DNA from: a bacterium
Lineage (GTDB): Bacteria; Zhuqueibacterota; Zhuqueibacteria; Residuimicrobiales; Krinioviventaceae
Length of the DNA: 64,000 bases
Reading direction: 5' to 3'
Assembly: GCA_963674595.2 (NCBI GenBank)
Contig: CAXXFV010000004.1
Coordinates: 224,001 to 288,000 of the forward strand
Below are positions 18,901 through 30,600 of this stretch, in pieces; the stretch's first letter is position 1; each line of letters opens with the position of its first letter. Both the position numbers and the translations under genes were made by a program. The notes under the pieces are model-generated. The model was not told the DNA's origin, did no database searches, and saw nothing but the letters and a program-made list of their open reading frames with translations.

Positions 18901-19646
18901 TCCCGATGTTCGGACATTTTTAAAGTAGAAATAGGCTTGTAAGCGCTGGATAATACATCCCACTCCTGACTGCCCGATTCAATAAGCTGCTGCCGTCGTT
19001 CAGGGTCAAAACCCTGAAAGCTTGTTGCAACTTCAGTGGCAAGAACAGAGCAAGCCTGCCGTCCCCTGTCCAGATAATCTTTCAGGACAATATCATCATC
19101 CCTAAAAAATAAAAAGAAATACCCTATTATTATCAATACAGTGTAAATGGACAGGGAGATAAGCCAATAACGTGCTTTTAGAGTTAATGGAATGGTTGGA
19201 ACCGCCAGCCTTCGCTTTGTAAGAGGCTCCCTGTTTTTAACCATCCATAATTCATTTCCCTCTTCTGTCTTTCGGTAATCTATGGAATCCAAAAGGCGGC
19301 GCATAATAAAAATACCCAAACCGCCTTTTTTACCAATTTCGACATAACGCTGCAGGTCTGGATCACCAACCTGGCGCGGATCAAAATATTTTCCCTGGTC
19401 GATAAGAACGATAGTAATACTGTTCTTCTTTAACAAGGCACGAATGGTTATACTGCCTTCCCAATCACGATAAGCATGCTTGATAATATTGGTAGCTGCT
19501 TCATCTATAGATAACTTGAAAGCATTTACAATTCGTTCGGAAAAACCATGTCTTCTACCCACCTTTGTAACAAAATCTCGAAGTTCTCCCAAATACTCAA
19601 TTTTTGCCGGTACTTTTAATTGTTCTTTTACAATATTCCGAAACAA
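15849..19646 (-). CDS. Membrane partner-switching protein: RsbW-like HATPase, TM, periplasmic domain, TM, HAMP, SpoIIE/PP2C phosphatase, tandem HTH, acidic tract (TPR follows after the frameshift)
   Basis: IDEAATNIIKHAY, DQGKYFDP, GGLGIFIM (anti-sigma kinase); two hydrophobic segments; EVGEIAQAF (HAMP); VGGDYFD, ADVSGKG, SAGHNP, YTDGITEA, DDIT (PP2C); long D/E-rich region. Confidence 0.9.
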   Translation of the reverse strand: MFRNIVKEQLKVPAKIEYLGELRDFVTKVGRRHGFSERIVNAFKLSIDEAATNIIKHAYRDWEGSITIRALLKKNSITIVLIDQGKYFDPRQVGDPDLQRYVEIGKKGGLGIFIMRRLLDSIDYRKTEEGNELWMVKNREPLTKRRLAVPTIPLTLKARYWLISLSIYTVLIIIGYFFLFFRDDDIVLKDYLDRGRQACSVLATEVATSFQGFDPERRQQLIESGSQEWDVLSSAYKPISTLKMSEHRDILYNAFVVDNSNTIIARADEGEILEPFKFPDNVKEIQKNVFEFRQPDGKKVVDIVYPVVDEQDHIMSRAHLFIDGDKIYSDVSKARQNNLSLALFVWVIGVAGLFLLIYIVMNPFRRLQEWVKELGKPGVAEEMDIDSSTEVGEIAQAFSDITQQLKASQLNLAEQERLQKEMQVAQEIQQTLLPSEFPDIEGYDISSYYAAAKEVGGDYFDFVEVDRDTLGIVVADVSGKGVPGSLVMTMIRTALRTEARGIKDAAEVLARVNDFVVNDMKKGMFVTLFYVIIDSKRRRLNFASAGHNPMILFRPSTNNTYYLNPRGFPIGISLPDKHLFRNSIESGTVSLAEDDILIIYTDGITEAMNAKRQLFAEERFLNVVRRFGHLTAGEFVEKLQREIVAFTEGFPQNDDITLVSIKEKSSAEKVELKRAKKVFNLVSEGKSIKEACESVGITTYAYNKYKASFEKEGLDQFTLENEEEQIEARHLSIEEKTKIYDIIRRFPDYGAKRISEELNTERYSFSIISAAKIYEELVRSRLNTKELRKAFIARGGKKRRIKPPGTPMLTIDGKVILQKANYSLPEEEDLKQFESEELPKQDKKSKDIELDAEITTKPVETEEVAQVIQEFKSPLELLDLEPDSLLLTPLVDLFDKRKNVTVRQQESGPEQPDRVQDRDESDEQQELVKDVKEDDIHENQDDELSSVDDSMDFDFVHDEDDMIVDQDTDILLSEHESVIDVSESEFFEAPFDEERDKVKQDEKASIEPEPDTETDDAILELEADDFSDLEIFDFAGDETEPESEAEKEEEIGDLEYSDTDHLQTQSEKEELDFIDALNAGGGLDEPEKKEEKDEFEGEPVEDIDFIDEESSLLFDEEKDFSDSFDEFIEIIDEEGVISTTGEIEETISEQILENEIKEQINNHSENEFEEEINWDISDFKFEQGDEESVVEEDSKSLSFDELLDFVESDDTFYDEDEEQFEMLLKEALTDKKKMSDHEKFPLDVNLEKDEYMYNKKDGRCLKIVF

Positions 19647-19668
19647 CGAATGTAACCTCTATTATTTT

Positions 19669-21678
19669 TTAATTTGTCTTTTGTTGGCGTAACTTTTCAA
19701 CAGCAGCATCCAATGCGCGTAAAATAGATATATTGTTTGGTTGTAAATCTAATGCTTTTTGATAAAAATCCAAAGCAGTTTTAAAATCACCTTTTGTATA
19801 AGCCATAACACCTTTTGTATAAAGGTCTTTAACTTCGGGGGTCATTTTCATTTGTCGTGCTTCTGCACGTTGTTTTGTTGCTTTATATTTTTTCTGTAAT
19901 TCTTTATTATTCGGATCGCTTTTTAAAGCGTCTTCATACAAAGCGGCAGCTTCTTTCCAGTTTTTATCACGTTCATAAATAGCCGCACGTCTTACTTTAT
20001 CTTCATTGTTTAACCTTAATTCCAGTCTGTTTAACCGATTGGCGATATAAGATTCCACTTGTTTATTTCCACGGGCGAGGCGCCGTGCTCGGTTATAATA
20101 ATTTACAGCTTCATATCGTTGACCACGTTCTTCAAATTTTTTCGCATTTTCAAGTAATTCTTTTAATTTTTGTTTCAAATCTTCGGTTATTTTATCGCGA
20201 AGTTCTTTAACAATTTCACTGTTCGGTTCAACTTCCAATGCCCGTTCACATTCAAGCAAGGCATCCGGGTACTCTTCATCTGCAAAATAACCCATTGCCT
20301 TGTTATAATGCTCTTCAACAAGCTGTTGCTGGCGCCTTCTGGCCGCCGCTTCCTGATCACGTTTTAACAATTCCAGGTTTTCTTCTTCCTGCTGTTTTTT
20401 GATCGCCATATTAATGCGGCTTAAGAGGTCCCTTGCGTCGGCAAGTTCAGGATCATCACCGGATTCATCATAGGTAAGGACTTTGTTAATGGTCGTAAAT
20501 GCGCGCGCATAATCTTTACTCTCAAAAAATTGATTTGCCCGTGCCATTCCGCTGACTATGGCATTTTGTCTTTCAAGCTGTTTCTGCCGGTAAACCTCTT
20601 CCTGAATGCGTTGTATTTCTTTTTCACGAATTTCCGCCAAACGCTGCTCCCGATCTTTACCTATATTCATAACAAAAGATAACCGGTGGCTGCTTCCCAA
20701 AAGAGAATCCCAACCATTCCAATATGAATAATCGAGTTCAAAACCGACAAATTTTAAACCAAAACCATAGGTCGGCATCGCGCTTTTAGTGTCGGTAATG
20801 TCGGGTCGCATATCATAGCCCAGCCTGAGCATAAAGTTTTGGTTAAAATCATATTCTACACCCATGTGATATTGGGTTGGGATATTATAATTAAAATTAT
20901 TTGAAAATTGTCGTTCATTAACATCCATCTCAAAAGCAAAAGTAAGATAGTTTTTTGGATTGCTCATAACAACAGTTTTTGACAATCCAAACCTGTAATT
21001 TCTCGGTGTTGTTTCGCGGTCTTCTATGGCCCGAATACTTCTTTGAATAAAATTCTGGATATTAAGACCGATTTTTACATTGCCTAACACTCCTGAATTA
21101 AAAGGCGACAGTAATATGCCGACATCCGTACCAAATCCGGATTCGGTAATATTGCTGACATTTAATGAATTATCCGCATACCCCGGAAGATCAACACGTT
21201 CCAATTTAAATGTTGCACCCAATGACATCCAGTCAAGCATTTGGTAACCATAACCAAATAAAAACAATGTCCGGCTGTAATTTGTTGATCCCAACTTTGT
21301 AGCATCATCATCCCGAACCGTTATATCACCTGTGGATAACCTGAGAATACCTACAGACATGGTTCCCATTGTCAATGTTGGGTAGGCATAGGAAAAATAA
21401 TTATATTGGGTTCCGGCAGGCAAATTTGAATAATAGAAACCCAGTCCCATTTGAGGAATTTGGTCCAATGCAGCCGGGTTCCAGTATAGCGCAAAAGGAT
21501 CGTTGGCAACAGAAACATAAGCGCCTCCCATAGCCATAGCCCTGGCGCCGACCGGAGAATCAAAAATATCCGTCATTCCTCCCCACTGGCTGCTTGAGTT
21601 TTGTGCAAAACACACCAGCGGAAAAAATAGAAATGCGAGTTTAAAATATTTTAATATTTTTGTTTTCAAATCAGTCAT
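19669..21678 (-). CDS. PorV/PorQ-family outer-membrane beta-barrel fused to coiled-coil and TPR repeats
   Basis: Signal peptide; VGARAMAMGGAYVSVANDPFALYWNPAAL signature; FMLRLGY...ELDYS...LGSSHRLS barrel end; multiple C-terminal TPRs. Confidence 0.85.
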   Translation of the reverse strand: MTDLKTKILKYFKLAFLFFPLVCFAQNSSSQWGGMTDIFDSPVGARAMAMGGAYVSVANDPFALYWNPAALDQIPQMGLGFYYSNLPAGTQYNYFSYAYPTLTMGTMSVGILRLSTGDITVRDDDATKLGSTNYSRTLFLFGYGYQMLDWMSLGATFKLERVDLPGYADNSLNVSNITESGFGTDVGILLSPFNSGVLGNVKIGLNIQNFIQRSIRAIEDRETTPRNYRFGLSKTVVMSNPKNYLTFAFEMDVNERQFSNNFNYNIPTQYHMGVEYDFNQNFMLRLGYDMRPDITDTKSAMPTYGFGLKFVGFELDYSYWNGWDSLLGSSHRLSFVMNIGKDREQRLAEIREKEIQRIQEEVYRQKQLERQNAIVSGMARANQFFESKDYARAFTTINKVLTYDESGDDPELADARDLLSRINMAIKKQQEEENLELLKRDQEAAARRRQQQLVEEHYNKAMGYFADEEYPDALLECERALEVEPNSEIVKELRDKITEDLKQKLKELLENAKKFEERGQRYEAVNYYNRARRLARGNKQVESYIANRLNRLELRLNNEDKVRRAAIYERDKNWKEAAALYEDALKSDPNNKELQKKYKATKQRAEARQMKMTPEVKDLYTKGVMAYTKGDFKTALDFYQKALDLQPNNISILRALDAAVEKLRQQKTN

Positions 21679-21690
21679 AAAATTAATTAA

Positions 21691-24600
21691 TTATTTAACA
21701 ACAGCAATTTTTGTAATGGCTGTTTCTGTTTCTGTTATTATATAAGCCAGGTATACACCATTCATTACCCTGAAATTCTGGCCATTAGTTCCGTCCCAAA
21801 TGACATCACCTTGATGAACACCTTCACTTGTTTGTAACTGGTCTGAACTTTTTGAAAAACTCCAGGACCGTACCAATTCTCCGGTTAAAGTAAAAATCTT
21901 GATTTCAACATCACTCGGTTGACTGAGATAATATAAAAATTTTGTTTCCGTTCTGTCCGGACGTCCAAACGGGTTTGGGTAATTACAAAATGTTTTTTCC
22001 AGTTGTTCTTCAACAACAACAGATAATTTTGAAGAGATACCTAAATCTAATACTTGATTATAATTAGAATCAACAATTGTCAACGGCAGTCCGGATACAT
22101 CAGAGGCCCGGATATTTTCAGGACTGTTGATATATAATTGAAATCCATAGGCACTGCCAACATTTCCAATATCTGCAACAATATCAATAGAATCCGGTTC
22201 TGTACCTTTCAGAGTATCTGGTAAATTCGATTTTAAATCCAACAGGATAAAGTCTGTACCAAAATTCGTCTGCCACGCAAAAACATGTGCCGGATCGGAA
22301 TGTCGAACGGCAGCGACGCGTGAAAAAACGGATGCCGGTGATACCGGTTCACCTTTTTTATCTTTAACAAATATTTTCAAGCTGTCAATAATGGAAACAC
22401 TGCTCGAAGCCGCATCCTTGTTTCTGGCTTTAAAACCCATCATTTTAACATTTTGACTGCCTTTAGAAACAACAGATTTTTCCTGTAAAACATAGGGTTC
22501 GATAACTACCATACCTGCTTCGGAGGATACCAATATTTTTGCCAAATCTTTGTCAATAGAGGCTTGCTGTTTTGTATAGGTGTCATTTGGTGCTTCCAGC
22601 AAATAAAACTTAATCGTATCGGGAACATCTGTTTTATATTTAGGGGCCTGAATTGTCCAGGAAATTGCATCATTTGCACCGGCAGCGGTTTTAATCGTAT
22701 CACCTTTTGTTGTAAAACCATTATCTGAAAGTTTTATTTTAACCTGATAGGAACCGATCAGGTCAGACTCTCCGATATTTGATAAATAGCTTACAACCTG
22801 AAATTCACTACCGACACGCACGGTACCGGAATCAATAAAAACATCCTGGTCCATTGAAGCTAAAAGTTCGACACCTGCTTTATTTAATGTCTGTAAAGTA
22901 AAGGTCTCAGTATCTTTAGAAATTTTAGCGTTTGTACCGGAATTTTGATCAACAGGCGCCTGAATAAAATTAAACTCAAATTTCGACAAACCCTCTGGTT
23001 TGGCAGCGGGAGCCTGTAGTTCCCACTCGGGAAAGATATTATTCTTAACATCCGCAACGGTAACAGAAAGTCGTCTCTCACCTGACAGAGAAAAACCAAC
23101 AGGTAACGGAGCTAATTCGACAACAAAACTGTCCGTATCTGCAAAGCCGGCATCACCCGAATTGGTAATAGATGTTGTAAGGGTAAAATACTGGCTTGTG
23201 GAAACGCGATCTACAAGTCCTTCAGGAGCCGATATTTTTGGAGTTATAGAAACAACAGCCTGGTTTTCAACGGTGATGTCCATAGCATCAGAAAAAATTT
23301 CTAAATCTGCTCCAGACCGAAGGTCCTTTGCATTGACTTTAATTTGTACATTCCCATCGCCGGTCACACCTGGTGCCGTGACTTTCCAGGTAACTCTTTG
23401 GTCGTCTCCTACAGCGATATCCTGGTTTACCGGATTTACAGCGTCGAATTCTTCCGAAGAAAATATAATCTGCGCACTTATATCTTCAGCAACCTGACCG
23501 GAACTTATTTCGGCTGTAATGTAAAACGTTTGATTCGTGGACAATTTATTGTCTCTTGCACCGACAGGATTACTGACCCACAAAGAATCAACACTGATAT
23601 ATCCGCCTTCCTGTGTATAAACGATTAATTCCCGAGTATTGGTTTCAACTTCCACACTTTTATTGGAATTTTCATCTTTTGGAACGCTGTCAGAGTCAAT
23701 TTCTACCTTAACTCGTTTATTTTGCAATACTTCATTCGGAGCAGTAATAGTCCAGCCAATATTTTCATTTATATCAAAATCTTTAGTAGCAGATTCTCCG
23801 TCAGCCAAAGATAATCCACTATCCAATAGATCTAGTTTAAGCTTTCCTTTTGCTGTTTCAGGATCAAGACCGGCAGAGCCAAGGTTGGTAACCCGGGCCT
23901 GTAATGTTGCTGTTTGACCTGTTGATAGATAGGTTGCCCCGTCTGTCATTGTTGTCAGAGGTATTACAGACAATGCTTCCAAATTTAAAATTGCTTTAGT
24001 AACAACTTTTTTAATGGTTATACTTGCTTTAGAAACTTTTTCTTTTCCGTTTTCTTCACCTTTTAATTCAAGTTGAAGGGTATGATTATCTGAAACTTCG
24101 GCTGATGGAGCAAAGATCGTCCATGACAATGTAGCAGAATCCTGATCAACAGTTTTTTCCAGACTATCATCGTCTGCTAACGAATAACGCCGGCTGCCGG
24201 CAATTGCCGGTAATAAAAGTTTGACTTTTCGATTGGTCAAATTCTTTGACGTTTTGACCTTGGCTTCCAATTGAAGGGTCTGTTCCGTAGAAAGCACACT
24301 GTCTTTGGCGCCTTCGGGTTCAATAATTGTAAAATAATCTATTAGCAGAATTGAGGTTTTGGTCTCTACCAGAAAACTATCCTCTTCCACCTCTATCAGG
24401 GCATCTTCAAGTGTGTTCAAATCTTTAGGTGTTTCAGTAATCGCAGCCTTGACCGCTAACGGAGCGGTATCTGTATCAGGGGATTCTAATTCGTAATTAA
24501 CTTCTTTTGATACATCATCTCCTGTAAGACTGAAATTTGCCGTCTGAGGATCCGTTATATAATCTATTCCATCAAAAATTCGATAACCTTCAGGCGGCGT

Positions 24601-27600
24601 AAAGACAAAGTTTCCATCCTTAACCTGAGATGTTCCTAATCTTTCAACTTTGACTGTAACCTTAAATTTGCTCGACGCTGTTACAACCGAATCTGCTGAA
24701 TTTGCCGGGAACACAGAAATATTAACCCGTGCCGGTTCCTGAATTCGAATCCGTGCCTGGTCATCATCCGCATCAGGTTCCTGAATCTGGGCTATTTCAT
24801 CACTGCCGATAGCTTTTGCAGATAATATTTTCGCCGTATAAAGTTCCGAAAGTTCTTCATTAACACCCAAATCATTTACAGCCGTAACATCAAACACAGC
24901 ATAGGCCGTTGAATCTTTAGCAATACGCGGGATTATTACGGTATCCGGTTTAACCATAGACAAAACAGTATTTGATGTGACCTCTCTGGAATCCAATTCA
25001 ACCTTAACACTGTCAACGCCCAAAACCTGCCCGGCTTTAACTTTAACCTGAACCTGAAATGCCTGACCTCGATTAACCAGACCGATTCCATTGTTATCAA
25101 ATGTGTTACAAACTATTTCCGTGTCTTTAACCTGCACCCTGGCATTAACACTTCTCACAATAATATCGGCCGATGCATTATCCGTCAAAACCGGGCTGTC
25201 CGTCGGCAGGTTTTTATCTCTGGCCTGCAATGCTACATCAATTTTCCCTGTTCCGGCCAGCTTTCCATTGTTACGGACAATATAAACCAACGAATCTATA
25301 GCGCCGCCGGGTAAAACCAATCCTACCTGGTTTTTTAATTTTTGTGGTGGAGCGATGTCATAGTCCGCGTCAACAACATCGTTTATAGAAAAAACAATAT
25401 TCTCAGCATTAATATTGACAAATTCCAAATCAGAACTTCCTGTATTAGTAACCTGGACAAAAATATTCCAGTTTACCAACTCATCTCCGGCATTGATAAT
25501 GTCCTCTTGCGGACTGACAGATAAAATTTCAAAAACTGCCGGGTTTTCCACAATGGCCTGAGTTATGTTATTTCCCTCAGGATCTAAAATTGTTACACCC
25601 TGGTTATTATGAACACCCAGGGCATTATTAATATTTGCTGTAAACTCTACATTCCCTGATTCACTACCGGCAGTTATTCGAAAACTCAGTTCCTGTTCCT
25701 GGTTGCCTTGAATGTTTTGAGCAAAAGTAATAGGTGATGTTAATACTTTACCCAATGTTTCGCTACTTGTGCCTAAAGATACCTGAACATCTTTGGCTGC
25801 TTCTGAACCTGTATTTTTGACTTTAACACTTACATCAAAACTCTGTCCTGTATTAACAGTCCCTTCTGAACTAGGGGCAAGATTTTCGACAGCTATAATT
25901 TGCAGCCTGGCAGGTTCATGAATTTTAATAATGGAAAAATTATCATTTGATGACGAAATATCAGCAATTGACCCGTCTCGGGCAACAGCCCTGATAATGT
26001 GTGCCTCAATTTTCTCACCGGTCAAATTCTCAGCATCAGCAGCGGTCAGGTTAAATGTCAGCGTATCAGTTTGACCAACGCCCAATCTGTGACTTTCTTT
26101 TATACCATTTATAATAGCCGAACTTGGCGCTGTTAATTGAACTTTAACGGTATCCAATTCCTGAGCACCAACATTTTGGACCATCACCTTTATAATTAAA
26201 TCCTGACTAATATTTACATAACCCGTATCATTAACAACCACGGGCAAATCAGGATCAACAAAAGTTTTCACAAGCATTACATTAGAGCGGTTAGTTGCCT
26301 GCACGGATGTTTGTTTGGCCTGGGTAGCGATAGTACGGTTTGCGTCATTCAGGTCCGTGGCCGAAACTTTTCCGGTTATTGTAATTTCGCCGCCGGCTGG
26401 TCCGTTTGAAGTAACATCAAAAATTAATGTATCGCGTTCGCCGCCCTTTAACACCAAGTCATCTTCGGTTACAGCCCGTGGACTAAATACATATCCTTCT
26501 CCCGGATTAAACGTAATGTCGTCCTTGGTCGGCTGTTTCAGTTTTAATGAACCACCCTGCTCTGTGTTATTTTCAACATCGAGAAAAATTTGCCAGTCGA
26601 CACTTGTCCCGGGGATAACGGTATCAACAGATGTATATACCTGGTGTAAAACAAGGTTTCCGGGTTCCTGAACATGAACCGTAATTGATGAATCCAGGGG
26701 CGTTAAAATTTTTGCCGACTGTTTTGTATTACGTGCAATAGCTGTTTCAACTTTGGCAACGAGATTATCTTTAAATCCGGGTAAATCAGGTGCATTAACT
26801 CGTACACCAGGTTCCGTCCATACTGATTCTCCCGGACCTAATGATTCAATATTAAAAGTCTGGCCTTCCGGGGAAAATTGAAATACATCCGATTCCGAAT
26901 AAAACCGAATCGTGGTTTGCTGAACAGTATCACCTGATTCCGGATTGCCCGGATTTGTCACAAGGGCTTTAACATAAAATGATTGTTCGGAATTTACAAA
27001 AGAATCTGATGGAACATCTATAATAACCTGGTCCAGTCGTATAGCCGCCGAATCCTGAATTGCCAAACTAACCTGGCCATTTCCCGGAGCTGTTGAAAAA
27101 CTGTATATCAAATTCCTGTTTACTTCGGTCATTCGGACTGTGGCGTTGACTGTTGTTATACCGACTATTGATTCTTCCGCACTTGTTAACTGAACATTAT
27201 AGATCAAACTATCCCGGCTTCCGCCTGAAAGTATTTTACTATTACTTCCATCAAAAAATCCGGGTTTGGTAAAATTAAAATATTCATCACCAATTCCAAA
27301 ACTCAGTTTGGTATTTTCTGAATCCAATAATAAATCTGCTTCTCCTGCATTTTCGAGATGCAAAGTCACTTTCCAGGGCGTAGTCTGTCCGCGAGTGATA
27401 CTCGACTGGCTCAAATGCAGCCGCGTAAATTCCAGTTCAGCAGGGTTTTGGACCTGAATTTCATCGCCTCTCGGTAGTGTACTTTCCGGATGATCATCTG
27501 TATTGACCAAATCGGTCATAAATACAGATCCATTAAGGACCGTCTGTTGGTTCGGTGTTTCCGCAGATACATTTGTAACCGCAATACGAATGGTGTCGGT

Positions 27601-30600
27601 TTGTCCGGCTGATAAAATATTACTTTCACTAACAAAAGAATTCGGAATATCAAAAGTAAAATATTCGGACACGTCGTTGGTGCCCTGAGAAAAAGTCAAT
27701 TCCGCCGTATCATATTGCAAATTATTGGAACCATTATTGACCAGAATAAAATCAATTTTCCATTGATTGGTTTGGCCAATTGTAACACTGGGTGTTGAAG
27801 CAACAATATGATTAAGTGAAAATTTTCCCGGATCACTGACCGTTAATGAAGTTGTTAATTCTATATTATCAGAAAAAGCATTATTGTTTTCAGTACCACT
27901 TATTATTAATTGAGGTAAATACTGGCCCTTTTGAAATGCAAGCGGTATTAATGTCCTTAAAAAGTTTATTGTAACCGTTTGTCCTCCCGGCACACGGTTA
28001 TCATAAGCCGGATCAAGAGCAGCACTGAAAAAATGAAGACCATCGTTAAATTGAAATTTCGTTTGGCTTGTGTTTAAAATTAAATCAGAGCCGCCGATGT
28101 TGCTAACATCAACAGTAAAACCAACCTGTGCACCGGCAGAAACAGTCGTTGGCTGAAGACTGTTTTCAACATATTCGATATTTGCCGGTTCCTGAACGGT
28201 AATAATTTTAGTTGACGATGTAAATTGTTCAACAAAAAATTGATTTCGGTTAGGTTCACGAACACGAACCTGAGCCTGTCCAAACAGGTCACCCAGCACG
28301 TTTCCAATGGTTGTTGCTTTAAAAATAAGGCTGTCGCTTTCACCGGCCTTTAAAATAATGGAATTGGATGCAGATAGTTTTTCCGGCAATGTAAAAGTAA
28401 AATCTTGCTGATGTACGCCTTCCTGCAATAACCTTACCCAGGTATTTTCAGCATTTGTTAAATCGATTTCAACATCAGCGCCGCCGTCATTGGCTACATG
28501 GACCGTAACCCACCAATTTGGTTCAACCCCAAAAGTAACAAATTCCGGAACGGCCTTAATATTTGTTATTTTAAAATCAGATGCTTCCTGTATGGACACA
28601 ACAGCTTTCATAGCTTCAGATGCGGTGATCTCTTTTGCGGCCTGAGTGTTTACATTTTTATAATGAATATTTGCACCTATTAAAACATCACCGACCTGGC
28701 TGCCCGTTTCGGTAACGGAAAAAACAAGCGTGTCTGTTTCATTTGACTTTAACTGTGAACCTAAATTTTGAAGCGCATCCGAACAATTATGAACAAATGT
28801 ATCATTAGAAAACTGCAGGACGCTTGTATCAAAATCCATTTCAATGGTGCTGCCGCCCTGGTTTTTCAACACAACGGCAACAGTCCAGGGGTGCGTAGCA
28901 TCACCAGCAGTGGCTGTTGTTTGTGAAGGAATAATGTCAAGAATGCGCAGGTCATCTGCTGTTTGGACTTCGAATCCTCCAAAAACATCACTGATATTGG
29001 AATTGGTATAAATCTGGTTTGTCGCCTCAACCCGCCCATAAATATCGATAGGGCCTGTTGTTGTTCCGGTCTCATTAACAGTAAATTGTAAATGTCTCGT
29101 TTCGCCGGCAGGAATGGTTAATCCGCCCTCTACCAGAGCTGTAGGGGTTGAAATATTATATTCAGATTCCGTATAATCGGTACCACCACGTTTAAAACGA
29201 ATATATGTCTTGTCTGTGTCTATGGATAACGTCAGATCAATTCCGCCGGTGTTATGAATCCCCATTAAAACAGTCCAGTCAGCTAGTTGCCCGGCAGTAA
29301 CGGTAGATTGAGAAGCGGTAAGCTCTGTAAACTCTAATGATGAGCCTTCGACCACCTGAAATAAATTCGGGATTTGTGTAACAACTTGTTTTTCAATTCC
29401 GGAATTGGCATCACTGTAATTAATTGTCTGACGAACTGTTATATTGCCAAGGTCCGCTTGATCAGTAACTGTAATATAATAGGTCAACGCCTGAACAGCG
29501 CCGCCATCAACAGTTTCAGGATTTCCATCATATATAACAACAGAAAACTGTGAAGTAACATCTTCCAGATTATTAATAAACTGAAATTGACTCGATATCA
29601 AATCGGCTGGAGCCGAGTTTGTAAAATTTAAATTATTTGAAACCTGAGTTTGCAGCTCAATCCCCCGGCTTCCCTGGGCCAGTTGATTATCTTCAATCGA
29701 AATACTGTTAATTGCCAAATTTGCTGCTTGCTGGACAATCCATGCAGGATTTGGGTTTGTAAAGATCGTTGAAATCGAACTTGTACCTACAAGACCATCT
29801 AATTGACCGTTTATTGTAATAACTTCCAGAGCAGCCGTAGACGCTACATCAACTAAAAATTGTAACGTTGCTATTTGATTCGCGGCAATGGATCTGGTTT
29901 CAAACGCCGGAACCTGATAATCAATATCCCGATCAACAGTTCCTGATCTAAATTGAAGGACTGCTGATGTTAATGTTATTTGTTGACTACCACTGTTCTG
30001 CACACGCATGGACACCTGAACATTTGATTGTCCCTGACTAACACGGTCGGTAGCGCTGGTTATACTCAAAATATTAAGGGCACTAACAGTTATAGAGCTG
30101 GATTGAGTGGATATCCCTAAACTCTGGTCATGAACTGTAAATGTTTGTGTACCCGGTGTATTAAAAACAAAATTATTTCCGCCAAATACCATAGGGTGAC
30201 TTGTAAAATTGGTAGAGCCTGGTAATGTAGCAGACCCATCAGTACTGGTAAAATAAATTAACCCGCTGTAATTTGTTTTTTCATTGCCATAAGCATCTAT
30301 AGCACGAACAATAACATCTGTATTAAAAGAATTGCCTGCGGCCACAGATGTCGGATAATTTGAAAGTTCAAATTTGGCCAGACTTCCGGGAAGGACTGTA
30401 ATTGTACCGGTGGTCTTTGTTACACCCGTGGTTTGGTCCACTCCCCGCAGGGTGACCGATTCCACCCGATAAAGGGTCTGCTCTGCTTCTCCTGTTCCAT
30501 TAACCACAGGAATTTTTGTAAAACGCGGGGCATCACCATTGGGAGAACTACTACCGCCAATGGCCGCACTGATAACAATATTACCGGAAACCGGATTTAA

